Source: Candidatus Zixiibacteriota bacterium (GTDB taxonomy: Bacteria; RBG-13-66-14; B26-G2; WVWN01). From it: 64,000 nt of DNA. The DNA lies in NCBI GenBank assembly GCA_050117845.1, contig JASFLY010000001.1, positions 1 through 64,000 on the forward strand, read 5' to 3'. This document shows, piece after piece, positions 27,573 to 37,290 of the stretch (within the stretch, counting starts at the first letter, position 1; each line of letters begins with the position of its first letter). The position numbers and the translations under genes were made by a program. The notes under the pieces are model-generated. The model was not told where the DNA came from. It worked only from the letters and a program-made list of their open reading frames with translations, and ran no database searches.

Positions 27573-28754
27573 ATGGCGAAGGAAGCCCTAAAAAGGAATA
27601 TCCCCCTGCTCTACGCGGCGCGCCTGTGCAGCTACATGGCCTTTTTCGTGCCCGTTATCGTGGTCTTTTTCGAGGGCCAGGGCCTGTCGCTAACGCAGGT
27701 GATGATACTCCAGACAGCCTTCGCCGTCGCCATCGTCGTACTCGAAGTCCCGTCCGGCTTCTTCGCGGACAGGGTGGGTCGGCGCGTAAGTCTCTTCATC
27801 GGCGCCGCCGTCGTCACCGGGGCCTGCGTCGTATACGCTACCGGTTTCGGATTCACTCAATTCCTGGTGGCCGAGATCCTCTGGGCCGTCGGCGGGTCGT
27901 TGTTGTCCGGGACATACTCGGCCATCCTGTACGACACCCTGCTCGCGCTGGGCCGTGAAAACGAATATAAAAAGATAGAGGGCCACGCGACCTTCCTGGG
28001 CCTCTTGGGCGGGGCGGGTTCGGCCGCGGTCGGGGGTTTCATCGCCGTCGCCGGGATCCGTTTGACCTTTTACCTTACCGCCGCCGCCCTCGCGGTGGCC
28101 GTAGTCGCGGCCCTCTTGCTCCGCGAACCGCCCCGGCAGAAGGGCGGCCATCCCCGCGGCGAACTCTATTACTTATATAAAATAGGACGCTTCGCGTTAT
28201 ACAAGAACGCCGAGGTGCGGTGGCTGATACTCCTGGCCGCGCTCATCGGCAGCCTGGGGACCGTCGGCTTCTGGCTGTATCAGCCGTACTTCGTGTTGTG
28301 CGGCATCCCGCTGCACTACTTCGGTTTAATATTCGCGCTCTTCAACGTCTTCGCCGCATTCTCGAGTAAGATAGCGTTCGTCGTGGAACGCCTGATAGGA
28401 AAACGTCTGTCGTTAATCCTGCTACCGACCTTACTCGGCTTATCGATGTTCGCGATGGCCGCGTTCGTTACGCCGTTCGGCTTCCTCTTTGTCCTCTTCG
28501 CCCAATTCGTCCGCGGCTTCTCGGAGCCCATCATCGGCGACTACATAAACCGGCACACGTGGTCCGACAAACGCGCCACCGTTATATCCATAAAGAACCT
28601 CGTGACGCGCATTATTTTCGTCGCGGCCGCGCCCGCGGCCGGCGCCGCATCCGACTACGCCGACGCGCGCCTGGGCCTGGCCCTGGCGGCCGCCGGGACG
28701 GTCCTGGGAGGCGCGCTACTCATCATCGCCCTCCGGCGAGACCGCGTAATTTAA
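27573..28754 (+). CDS. MFS transporter
   Basis: LEVPSGFFADRVGRR motif A; about 12 TM; RATVIS. Confidence 0.92.
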   Translation: MAKEALKRNIPLLYAARLCSYMAFFVPVIVVFFEGQGLSLTQVMILQTAFAVAIVVLEVPSGFFADRVGRRVSLFIGAAVVTGACVVYATGFGFTQFLVAEILWAVGGSLLSGTYSAILYDTLLALGRENEYKKIEGHATFLGLLGGAGSAAVGGFIAVAGIRLTFYLTAAALAVAVVAALLLREPPRQKGGHPRGELYYLYKIGRFALYKNAEVRWLILLAALIGSLGTVGFWLYQPYFVLCGIPLHYFGLIFALFNVFAAFSSKIAFVVERLIGKRLSLILLPTLLGLSMFAMAAFVTPFGFLFVLFAQFVRGFSEPIIGDYINRHTWSDKRATVISIKNLVTRIIFVAAAPAAGAASDYADARLGLALAAAGTVLGGALLIIALRRDRVI

Positions 28755-28768
28755 AGATTAAAGGGAGA

Positions 28769-29392
28769 TTACTCCCCCGTCGGGGGAGTCTCGGCCGGAG
28801 GCGTTTCGGCCGGGGGCGGAGGAGTTTCTTCGGCGGGGGGCGGCGTGGCCGTCGGCGGGCCGCTCGGCGTTGGCGCTTCCCGCCGCTGCTTCTTACCCTC
28901 CGCCGGCATGGGGCCCCACAGCGGCCGGCGGCGCCCCACACCCTCGTATTGCCGGGTCACCTTGAGGTAATAATCCTCGCCGAAGGGCTTCAACTCCTCG
29001 GCGGCGGCTATCAATTCGCCCCGGAGACGTTCGTACTCGGCGTCCGACAGCGGCGGCGAATAGACGCCGGCTCCAGCGAGCGCCGTCGCGGCGGCGTCCA
29101 GCCGTTCGTACGTCCGGCCGAAGACGGCTCCCCGGTACGTGTCCGGGGCCCGGCGCACGGCCTCGAGCGCTTCAACTCGCGCGTTTTCCACGACGGCTGC
29201 GGCTCGCGGGTCGTCGGTCCCCAGGTACACGACCGCCAACTCGCACGCTTTTTGCAAAGCGGCGGCCCGAGCCGCCGACTCGTCCTCGCCGTACGGCCGG
29301 ACGGCGCCGGTCTCGGCCTCCGGCGCCTGCTTACCGCAAGCGGCCGTTAAAAGCAACATGGCGAATACTACGGGTACGAGTTTAATCTTCAT
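28769..29392 (-). CDS. Hypothetical lipoprotein with Pro-rich C-terminal tail
   Basis: Lipobox TAAC; TPPPAEE/TPPAE repeats; ATGA overlap with ubiE. Confidence 0.7.
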   Translation of the reverse strand: MKIKLVPVVFAMLLLTAACGKQAPEAETGAVRPYGEDESAARAAALQKACELAVVYLGTDDPRAAAVVENARVEALEAVRRAPDTYRGAVFGRTYERLDAAATALAGAGVYSPPLSDAEYERLRGELIAAAEELKPFGEDYYLKVTRQYEGVGRRRPLWGPMPAEGKKQRREAPTPSGPPTATPPPAEETPPPPAETPPAETPPTGE

Positions 29393-30102
29393 CGCGACGG
29401 CTGAGCCTTAACGACATGGGCTACGCCCAGAAACTTTGGTTCGGCCCGCGCTAGCTCAAAGCCGGCGGCGGTCAAACCCCGGGCGAGGTCCGCCCCCGAG
29501 AAACAACGCTGAATGGACGACGAGAGGTACTGATATGCCTCGCGGTCCCGGGCCACGAGGTATCCCCACAGCGGCACCATAACATTTAAATATAACTTAT
29601 ACCCCAGGCCGACGAGCCCCGAGGGCGGCGCGAATACGTCGACCATGGCCACCCGGCCATCCTCCCTCGTCACCCGCCGGACCTCGCGGAGGGCCGTTTC
29701 CACATCGGGGATATTGCGGAAAACGAAGGCGCTCCCGGCGCCGTCGAAGACGCCGTTGCGGAACGGCAGACGCGTTACGTCACCCAAGACGAAAACGACC
29801 CGGCCGGCCCGTTCGTACCGGGCCAACTTCCGCCGCGCGACCTCGAACATCTCCGGACTGCGGTCCAGACACACGACGCGCCGGGCCCCCGCGGCGAGGC
29901 ACGCCGCGGCCAGGTCACCGCTGCCGGCGCCGATATCCAGGACGACGCCGCGATTGATGAAACGGGCCGCGTTCCGCCGGACGAAGCCGGCCATACCGAA
30001 GCTCTGCAGGGAATTTACGAGGTCGTAGCGCCGGGCTATCCGGCCGTAAACGTTGTCTAAAAAACTCTGGCTTACGCGGTCTCGGGCGAAAGTTGACATC
30101 AT
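29389..30102 (-). CDS. ubiE: UbiE/MenG-family quinone C-methyltransferase
   Basis: IARRYDLVN..SFG, VLDIGAGSGD, FRNIPD..ALRE.RRV, AYQYL.SSI. Confidence 0.8.
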   Translation of the reverse strand: MMSTFARDRVSQSFLDNVYGRIARRYDLVNSLQSFGMAGFVRRNAARFINRGVVLDIGAGSGDLAAACLAAGARRVVCLDRSPEMFEVARRKLARYERAGRVVFVLGDVTRLPFRNGVFDGAGSAFVFRNIPDVETALREVRRVTREDGRVAMVDVFAPPSGLVGLGYKLYLNVMVPLWGYLVARDREAYQYLSSSIQRCFSGADLARGLTAAGFELARAEPKFLGVAHVVKAQPSR

Positions 30103-30127
30103 CGAATACCGGTGTTATATTCGTGTA

Positions 30128-31219
30128 GTGAAGTCGCCTATAAGATATATCATGCTCGTTGCGGCCGCAACGGCATTTTTTATACTCGGATGTGGCCCGA
30201 CCTGGGAAAGCTACCGGGGCGGCCCGGGCCGCACGGCCTCCTTGCACCCGGACTTCGTCGGGCCGCCGTCTGCCGCCGGGTGGACCTTGCCGTTGAAGTC
30301 GGCCTCTTTCTCCTCGCCGGTACTGGCGGGCCCGTTCCTTCTCGTCGGCACCAACGACAACCACCTCAACGTAATCGACGCCTCGGAGGGCAAGCTCCTC
30401 TATCGTTATCGGACCGGCGGCGACGTATCCGGCGGGGCGGCTCCGGCCGGAGGCACGGCCTACTTCGGTTCGGCCGACGGCCACGTTTACGCGCTGGAAC
30501 TCTCCCGGGCCCGCTTGAAGTGGAAGACGTCGGTCGGGGGCAAAGTGGTCGCCGACCCGGTAGTCGCGGACGGCAAGGTTTTCGTCACCACCTTAAAGGG
30601 CGCGGTCGTGGCCCTCGGAGCCGGCGACGGTAAACTTAAATGGGCAGTGGGCGAACTTGGGCCGACGTGGGTAACGCCCTGTTACGCCGACAAGAAGCTC
30701 TACGTCCCCACCCGGGAAGGGCGCCTGCTATGCCTGGACGGGGCCACAGGCCGCCGCGTCTGGGACCTCGACGCCGGCGCGCCGCTGGCCGCGCCGCCGT
30801 TCGCCGCCGACGGTAAAATCTTCGCGGCGACGGACGAGGGTGAAGTACTCGCCGTCGACATGGCCGACGGGGAAGTCGCTTGGCGATACCCCGCCGGGGA
30901 TGGAGTCAGCGCGTTGGCCGCCTCCGCCGACACGGCCTTCGCCGGGACCTGGGGCGGGAAGCTAATCGCGCTCCGCCTGGCCGACGGAGGCCGTACGTGG
31001 CAAACCGGCCTCGAAGGAGCTATCGAAGGCAGCCCCGCCGTTGGCCTGGGCTTCCTCTACGTCGCCACCGCGGCCGGGAAAATATACGCCGTCCGGGAGA
31101 GCGACGGTACCATAACCTGGGAGGCGGACACGCCGGCCGGCGTTTCGTCGACTCCGGCCGTCGGCCCCGACGCGGTGTACGTCGTCGACGATAACGGAAC
31201 CGCGGCTTGTTACCAATAA
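30128..31219 (+). CDS. PQQ-like beta-propeller lipoprotein (BamB-like)
   Basis: GTG 30128 gives MKSPIRYIMLVAAATAFFILGC lipobox; repeated DG.VYAL...G...W blades. Confidence 0.85.
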   Translation: MKSPIRYIMLVAAATAFFILGCGPTWESYRGGPGRTASLHPDFVGPPSAAGWTLPLKSASFSSPVLAGPFLLVGTNDNHLNVIDASEGKLLYRYRTGGDVSGGAAPAGGTAYFGSADGHVYALELSRARLKWKTSVGGKVVADPVVADGKVFVTTLKGAVVALGAGDGKLKWAVGELGPTWVTPCYADKKLYVPTREGRLLCLDGATGRRVWDLDAGAPLAAPPFAADGKIFAATDEGEVLAVDMADGEVAWRYPAGDGVSALAASADTAFAGTWGGKLIALRLADGGRTWQTGLEGAIEGSPAVGLGFLYVATAAGKIYAVRESDGTITWEADTPAGVSSTPAVGPDAVYVVDDNGTAACYQ

Positions 31220-31273
31220 AATACCAGGTTTTCTAACGAGATCCCCCCCGCCCGAACTCCTGGCGGGTTTTTG

Positions 31274-31966
31274 TTAATTGCGGCGGACGCCCAACAATAA
31301 ATAGAGGAGCCACATCACCGAGGTCAACGTCGCCGCGACGTACGTCAACGCGGCCGCCGTGAGTACCTTTTTCGCCCCGGCTATCTCCTGGGGCGCCACG
31401 GCGCCACTTTCCCGGAGCATTGTTAGCGCCCGACGGGAAGCGTCGAACTCCACGGGCAGAGTTATAAGTTGGAACACGACGGCGAACGCGTAGAGGATTA
31501 TCCCGATATTGATAAGGAAACCCCATCGGAAAATGAACCCGGCCAGCATAAGTGGAATCAATAACTGCGAGCCCAAGTTCGCCACCGGGAATATCGCGTT
31601 GCGCACCTTAAGAAATAAGTACCCGTCGCGGTGTTGTACGGCGTGACCCACCTCGTGGGCGGCGACGCCGTACGCGGCAATACTCGAGCCGCGGGCGACG
31701 CCCGGCGACAGGCGGAGCGTGCGGGAGCGGGGGTCGTAATGGTCGGAGAGCTGGCCGCCGACTTCTTCGAGGCGGACGGCGCCGAGTTCCTCGCGCTGAA
31801 GCAACTGCCCCGCGATTTTCGCCCCCGGCGTCCCCGCGCCCGCAGCCACCCGGGAGTACTTATTATAAGTCGACCGCACCTTCCATTGCGCGTAGAAACC
31901 GAAAATGATAACCGGCACCAGCAACAGGTACGTCGGGTCCAGGTAAGCGTATAGCGGATACCACAT
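31274..31966 (-). CDS. Membrane zinc metallopeptidase (YugP-like)
   Basis: LSDHYDP, AAHEVGHAVQH, TLPVEFDASRRA, AAALTYVA; start ATG 31966 with SD GGAGG. Confidence 0.92.
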   Translation of the reverse strand: MWYPLYAYLDPTYLLLVPVIIFGFYAQWKVRSTYNKYSRVAAGAGTPGAKIAGQLLQREELGAVRLEEVGGQLSDHYDPRSRTLRLSPGVARGSSIAAYGVAAHEVGHAVQHRDGYLFLKVRNAIFPVANLGSQLLIPLMLAGFIFRWGFLINIGIILYAFAVVFQLITLPVEFDASRRALTMLRESGAVAPQEIAGAKKVLTAAALTYVAATLTSVMWLLYLLLGVRRN

Positions 31967-31968
31967 AA

Positions 31969-33246
31969 TTACCCTCCCGTCGTTTCCCCGCCGTCGAGTT
32001 CGCCCACCAGCTTGCCGCCCTCCCAACCGAGCCGCATCCGAGCCAACCGGTCGCCGGGGCCCTCGTAACGCGGGAGACGCACGCGCAAGTAATTATCGGT
32101 TAACGCCGTCCGGCCGCAACCGTCGCCGGACGTCCGCCCTTCGACGAGGGCCGAACGGACCGCCCCTACAAATCGGTTCTCGAACGTGCGTTTCTTCTCT
32201 CGGGCGAGGGACCGGAGCTCCGCAGCCCGACGCTCGCGCTCCTCGGGCGGTACCTGGTCGGGCATGGCAGCGGCGTCGGTCCCCGGCCTAGCCGAGTACG
32301 GGAAGACGTGCAAGTACGCGAAGGGAACGTCTTCCACGAAAGCCAGCGTCTTCTCGAAGGCCGCCGCGTCCTCTCCCGGGAGGCCGGCGATAACGTCCGC
32401 GCCGATAGCCGCGTCCGGGACACGTTCCAGTAAATCCAAACACGCCCGGCGGTAATCCTCGGCCCGGTAACGGCGGCGCATCCTCCGCAGGACGCCGTCG
32501 TCCGCCGATTGGAGAGGTAGGTGTACGTGGGGGCAAAGGAGGCCGCCCCCGGCGACTTCGCCCAGGAGTTCGCGGCCCAAATCCGCCGCGTCCACCGACG
32601 AGAGGCGCACCCGGAATTCCCCGGGCAGGGCCGACAGCTCGGCGCAAAGGCCGGCCAGCGTATGGTCCTCCCCGGCGCCCCGGCCGTACGAGCCGAGGTC
32701 CACTCCCACCAACACGATTTCCTTAACGCCGGCGGAAGCCGCGGCCCGGACGTCCTCGAGGATTTCGGTCACGGGCCGACTGCGCGCCGGCCCCCGGGCT
32801 TTGACCACCGTGCAGTACGCGCAGGCGTGGTTGCACCCGTCCTGGATTTTCAAAAAGAGCCGGGTCTTGGTCGCGAAGCGTGTTACCCGCCGGGACGTAC
32901 CCGCCGAAGCCTCCCCCGCCAACATCGCGGGGATGGCGTCCTTATCGTCGTTGGGAACGACGGCGACGTTCGGCCCGAGCTCCGCGAAAGCGCCGGGCGA
33001 GAGTTCGGCGTAACAACCGGTAACGATAACGCGGGCGTCGGGCCGGCCCCGGCACGCGCGTCGTACCATCTGCCGCGACTTGTAATCGCCGCGATGGGTA
33101 ACGGTGCACGTATTTATGACGTAATAGTCCGCCTCGTCCTCGAAGGACACGGTATCGAACCCGGCGTCCTCGAGGCCCGCGCGCACTGCCTCGGTCTCGT
33201 ACTGGTTGAGTTTGCAGCCGAGAGTTTTAAAAGCTACGGTCGGCAT
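31969..33246 (-). CDS. mtaB: tRNA threonylcarbamoyladenosine methylthiotransferase MtaB
   Basis: TLGCKLNQYE, NTCTVT, TGCYA, KIQDGCNHACAYC radical SAM motif, HVFPYS.RPGT. Confidence 0.93.
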   Translation of the reverse strand: MPTVAFKTLGCKLNQYETEAVRAGLEDAGFDTVSFEDEADYYVINTCTVTHRGDYKSRQMVRRACRGRPDARVIVTGCYAELSPGAFAELGPNVAVVPNDDKDAIPAMLAGEASAGTSRRVTRFATKTRLFLKIQDGCNHACAYCTVVKARGPARSRPVTEILEDVRAAASAGVKEIVLVGVDLGSYGRGAGEDHTLAGLCAELSALPGEFRVRLSSVDAADLGRELLGEVAGGGLLCPHVHLPLQSADDGVLRRMRRRYRAEDYRRACLDLLERVPDAAIGADVIAGLPGEDAAAFEKTLAFVEDVPFAYLHVFPYSARPGTDAAAMPDQVPPEERERRAAELRSLAREKKRTFENRFVGAVRSALVEGRTSGDGCGRTALTDNYLRVRLPRYEGPGDRLARMRLGWEGGKLVGELDGGETTGG

Positions 33247-33261
33247 GATGATGGGGTTAAT

Positions 33262-33450
33262 CTACCAGGTGAAGAAGCCGGGGACGCACGTCAGCAGTAT
33301 CCCGACGAATACTACGATTAGGCCCACGACGCCGGCCGGCGGCCCGATGATACGGAGGAACTTGAGCTTAGCGACCTGGCCGAGCCAGAACCCGCCCACC
33401 AACATCACCAAACCGAGTAAAACGACTAGGAGGTATTGATATTCGATCAT
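33262..33450 (-). CDS. Small 2-TM membrane protein
   Basis: Fills the intergenic gap; two hydrophobic helices; upstream TG-n-TATAAT and AAGGGA. Confidence 0.7.
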   Translation of the reverse strand: MIEYQYLLVVLLGLVMLVGGFWLGQVAKLKFLRIIGPPAGVVGLIVVFVGILLTCVPGFFTW

Positions 33451-33495
33451 ATGCCGTCCCTTTCGGATTTCGTTTGCGGCAATTATAACAAAAGT

Positions 33496-35436
33496 TCAAT
33501 CGATGAGTATGAAAAAATCGTAGCCGAGCCACTCCCCCCCGGCGTCCCGGAACGTGAATTCCACTCGCCGGATCCCCTCCGTTATCCGAAGAAGCGGCGC
33601 CCGGTAAATACTGCCGGGCCCGGCCATAACGCCGGTCGCGGGGGCCAGCGGGACCTCGACCGGATCGCGCCAGCCGTCTACGCCGAATCGCACCATTCCC
33701 GGCCCGGGCCACTGTACCACCAGCAGGTCGCCCGGCCGGAGCGTCACCCGGCGGTCCGGCCGCCAGACCACGCGCCGCGGCGAAAGCGGCACGTCGAGCG
33801 CCACGGGTTCTTCCTCTCCCAACGCTCGGTACGCGGCCCGCACGTATTCGCGAAACAAGCGGTCGAACTCCTCGTCCGCCCCGCCGCCCTGGTCCTCGCC
33901 GTACCACCAGAACCAATCGCTCGCCTCGGCGGCCAGCAAGTATTCCCGCGCCCGGCGTTTGTCGTTCTCGGCCGCCCGGGAGCGGTCGCATGCGGCCCGG
34001 CCTTCGCCCAGCAGCCCCCAGGCCGCGTTCTCGTCGGACTCGCCCGCCCAGGTGCCGAGGTCGTTGCCGGGAAGCGACCCGGCCTCGTCTATCCACGACG
34101 CGCAGGCCAGGCGTTCGAGCCGGTCCAGCGTTACGGGCGGATGCGGCGCCAGTTCCCGGGCCGGCGCCCCGTCCAGGTATTCCGCGAACGTCACCAGCCG
34201 GGCTACGTCGCCACGGGCGAGCCGCCGGTACAACGCCTTTAGGAAGGGCACGCCCTGACGGGAGTACGACCCCCAAGCGTTCTCGCCGTCGAGGATAACG
34301 GAAACCAGCACGTCCCGGACCGTCCGGCCGCGCGCCTCTCCCACGACGGTACAAAGCCGGGCCGCGAAATCGGCCGCGGCCTTCGCCGGGTCGCCCCAAT
34401 GTTGGTACTCGAAGCCAATGGCGTCCGAAAGGCCGTGGTGCCGGAAGAATGCCACCAGGTCATCGCCCCCGACGCGGTAAGGCCGCGTCAATTTTTCGGC
34501 GGATACGGCCGGGCTCCCCGAACCGGCCGATAACGCCAGCACCCCCTCGTCCGAGGCAATCCAGCGGACCCCGGCCTCTTCGAAGTGCGGCAGGATTTCC
34601 TCGGCCACGGCCCCCTCCGCCGGCCACATCCCTACCGGCCGGTACCCGAAAACTCCCTCGAAGAAATCGAGGCCCCGCGTCACTTGTTCCCGGGCGTCCT
34701 CGGGCCGGTTGAAGCGCGGCGGTTTCACCGCACCCGGTCGGTCGATGGTCGCGAGGTCGGAATCGTGGACCAGCGGCAATATGGGGTGGTAGAAAGGCGT
34801 CGTTGAAAGCTCGACCCGACCGGCCTCCCGCAAACTCGTGTACAACGGGACGACGGCGGCCATGATCCGGAGTTGAGCCGAGATTATGGCGTCGACGTCG
34901 TCGCGCGTATACCCCCCGCCGCGGCCGAAGAGTTCCGCCACGTCCACGACTTCGCCCGTCGCGAGTTTCACCGGGCCCTCCCGGAAGATTTCGCCGAGCC
35001 AGGCCAGATTAAAGCAGGCCACGGCGTCGGTCAACTCGGCGTCGCTGAACGCCTCGCCGCGGACGTACTTCCGAAAAAGCTTGAAATAGCGGGGATGGTT
35101 GCGGATCTCGTGTCGGAAATCGGCGTCGAACGACGTCTTGACAAGGGCGTCGCGTTCGGCCGGGGCAAGGCGCGCCGGAGAGCGAAGCGAAAGGTCCATA
35201 AGACGGTCGCGCCGGCCTTCATTTAGGTATGCGTCGAACTGGGCCAGGAGGACGGGCGTGAAGTTGAAGGTGGTGCGTACGCCCTCGACCTCACCGGCGA
35301 CGTGACCCATCTGGTAATAATCCCGTCCGGCGTGGAGGCGGACCCACGGCAGGGCCAACTCGCCGCTCTCGACGGAAGGGTCGGCGTAAGGTGGCTGGTG
35401 GAAATGCCACAGCAACGCCACGTACGGTTTTCCCAA
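33496..35436 (-). CDS. Glycoside hydrolase family 57 (amylopullulanase-like)
   Basis: WHFHQP, PWVRLH, FYHPILPL, GMWPAEG, LSDAIGF, ILDGENAW, AEASDWFWW. Confidence 0.94.
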   Translation of the reverse strand: MGKPYVALLWHFHQPPYADPSVESGELALPWVRLHAGRDYYQMGHVAGEVEGVRTTFNFTPVLLAQFDAYLNEGRRDRLMDLSLRSPARLAPAERDALVKTSFDADFRHEIRNHPRYFKLFRKYVRGEAFSDAELTDAVACFNLAWLGEIFREGPVKLATGEVVDVAELFGRGGGYTRDDVDAIISAQLRIMAAVVPLYTSLREAGRVELSTTPFYHPILPLVHDSDLATIDRPGAVKPPRFNRPEDAREQVTRGLDFFEGVFGYRPVGMWPAEGAVAEEILPHFEEAGVRWIASDEGVLALSAGSGSPAVSAEKLTRPYRVGGDDLVAFFRHHGLSDAIGFEYQHWGDPAKAAADFAARLCTVVGEARGRTVRDVLVSVILDGENAWGSYSRQGVPFLKALYRRLARGDVARLVTFAEYLDGAPARELAPHPPVTLDRLERLACASWIDEAGSLPGNDLGTWAGESDENAAWGLLGEGRAACDRSRAAENDKRRAREYLLAAEASDWFWWYGEDQGGGADEEFDRLFREYVRAAYRALGEEEPVALDVPLSPRRVVWRPDRRVTLRPGDLLVVQWPGPGMVRFGVDGWRDPVEVPLAPATGVMAGPGSIYRAPLLRITEGIRRVEFTFRDAGGEWLGYDFFILID

Positions 35437-35543
35437 GGGTGTCTATACCTCCGGGGCGGCGCCTCGCTCGTTATCGCTTGACGCCGGCCGCGCTTTCTCT
35501 TAGAATTGAAAGTAATCGACCACCGCTCGCAGGAGGATTTGAT

Positions 35544-35906
35544 TTGAAGATCATGGTAACCACCGCCGGAAGCGTTCCGGCGAAGAAAAAAGCCGATTAC
35601 CTCGTAACCATCGCTTCCCGCGCCGACGCCCAATTAATCGTGCTCCACGTCGTCGACAGTCAGGACGAGTACGAAGACGGCCAGCAGGCGCTCGATATTT
35701 TCCAGCGCCAGAAGACGACGCCTAAAATACGGTCCATCCTCCGCATAGGCCGCCTGACCGATACTATCGCGAAAACGGCGCAGGAGGAAGGTGTGGACCT
35801 TATTATACTGGGTCTCGACGAACGGGGCGATATCTCGAGCGCGATATCCCGGGAGATTCTCGCGAAAGCGGACATCCCGGTCTTACTCGTACCCAACCTG
35901 GATTAA
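35544..35906 (+). CDS. Universal stress protein (UspA domain)
   Basis: TTG start after AGGAGG; LIVLHVV, I.KTAQEEGVDLIILG, ADIPVLLV. Confidence 0.85.
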   Translation: MKIMVTTAGSVPAKKKADYLVTIASRADAQLIVLHVVDSQDEYEDGQQALDIFQRQKTTPKIRSILRIGRLTDTIAKTAQEEGVDLIILGLDERGDISSAISREILAKADIPVLLVPNLD

Positions 35907-35926
35907 AGCCGGCCCGACCCGGACTT

Positions 35927-35955
35927 AAAAAGCAGGCTTCACGCCTGCTTTTTTT
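35927..35955. terminator. Bidirectional terminator
   Basis: AAAAAGCAGGC-ttcac-GCCTGCTTTTTTT between convergent genes. Confidence 0.85.
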
Positions 35956-35976
35956 CTTTAACCAAACGGGGGTGTT

Positions 35977-37290
35977 TTACTCGAACGTCCTAATGTAAGC
36001 TTTTTCTTTCAATTCCTGCAGGTACTTCTTTTGTTCCAACGCCAGTTTCTGGTTCGTAAGTAAACGTTTTATGCGCTCGCGGGCGTCCTCGTAGGAAACC
36101 TCGCGCCCCTCTTCCCGGGCGTCGATTTTCAGGACGAAAAACCCCTCCGGCCGTTCGATAACGGGCGTCACGTCGCCCGCGTCCATTTCGTTTAGAACCG
36201 CGGCCACCCCCGGCATCTGGGCCTCTATTTCGTCCATCCCCAATTCGCCGACCAGCCCTCCGCGCGAGGCGGTCTCCTCGTTATCGCTGTACTTGGCAGC
36301 GACGTCGTCGAACGATTCGCCCCGGGCTAGGGCCGCGGCCGCGGCCTCGGCCTGCCTCCGGGCCGTCGCGATGTCGGCGTCGGTAACGGAAACTTTAAGG
36401 TGGATGTATTGGACTTCCCGTTTCGCGTTCTCCCGGCCTACGAGCCGTACGAGCCAGTATCCCTCCGGCCCCGGCGTCACGGCCGAAATCCCACCGGGAC
36501 GGAGTTCCTTCGCGGCCCTCTCGAGCGCCGGGACCGCTTCCCCCGGTTCGTACTTGAACGACGCGCCAAACTCGCCACCCTCGCGCTCCGCGAGTTCCTT
36601 GGCCAATGCCCCGAAATCTCCCCCGGCGAGGGCCGCGTTCCGAACGGCCTCAAGCTTGGACTTGACCGCGCGCAGGGACTCGTCGGAGGGACGCTTGGCG
36701 ATCGCCACCTCCCGCAACGTTACGACCGCGGGGATCGCGAGTTCGTCCCTATGGCCGTCGTAGTAACCGCGGATTTCCTCCTCGCGTACGTTCACCCGCG
36801 GCGCCAAAACCATTTCGGTGAGGCGACGGATTTTAAACTGGTCACGCAGGCTCTTACGGTACTGGATAATGAGGTCCTTCTCGGTCATCCCGTATTCGGC
36901 GAGCGCCGCTTCGTACGCCTCGGGTGAACCGAACGCCCCTTTAATACGCGTGAGTTCCTCGTCCAGGTATGGCTGGATATCATCCTTGGACACCAGGATG
37001 TCGTGGTCGTCGGCGTCCTGCACCAGTAGCCGGGCGTCAATCATTTCGGCCAGGACTTCCGCCGTATACTTCCGCACGTCCCCCACCTTGGCCGCTCCGG
37101 GCCCCAACTGGTATAACCGGACGGATACCTCTTCGCCCAATTCGCTCGCCAGTATTACGTCGTTGTTGACGACGGCCACGACGCCGTCCAAAGGCCGGCG
37201 CTCGGCCGCCGCGGCCGCGCAAAAAAACAAAACACAAGCCAGAGCTTGCCTCAGTATCGTCGCCGCCGGGAACGCTTTGCCGGATATCAT
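35977..37290 (-). CDS. surA: SurA-like chaperone/parvulin PPIase
   Basis: LDGVVAVVNNDVILASE, F..VAAKYSD...RGG.LG, YLQELKEKAYI. Confidence 0.8.
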   Translation of the reverse strand: MISGKAFPAATILRQALACVLFFCAAAAAERRPLDGVVAVVNNDVILASELGEEVSVRLYQLGPGAAKVGDVRKYTAEVLAEMIDARLLVQDADDHDILVSKDDIQPYLDEELTRIKGAFGSPEAYEAALAEYGMTEKDLIIQYRKSLRDQFKIRRLTEMVLAPRVNVREEEIRGYYDGHRDELAIPAVVTLREVAIAKRPSDESLRAVKSKLEAVRNAALAGGDFGALAKELAEREGGEFGASFKYEPGEAVPALERAAKELRPGGISAVTPGPEGYWLVRLVGRENAKREVQYIHLKVSVTDADIATARRQAEAAAAALARGESFDDVAAKYSDNEETASRGGLVGELGMDEIEAQMPGVAAVLNEMDAGDVTPVIERPEGFFVLKIDAREEGREVSYEDARERIKRLLTNQKLALEQKKYLQELKEKAYIRTFE

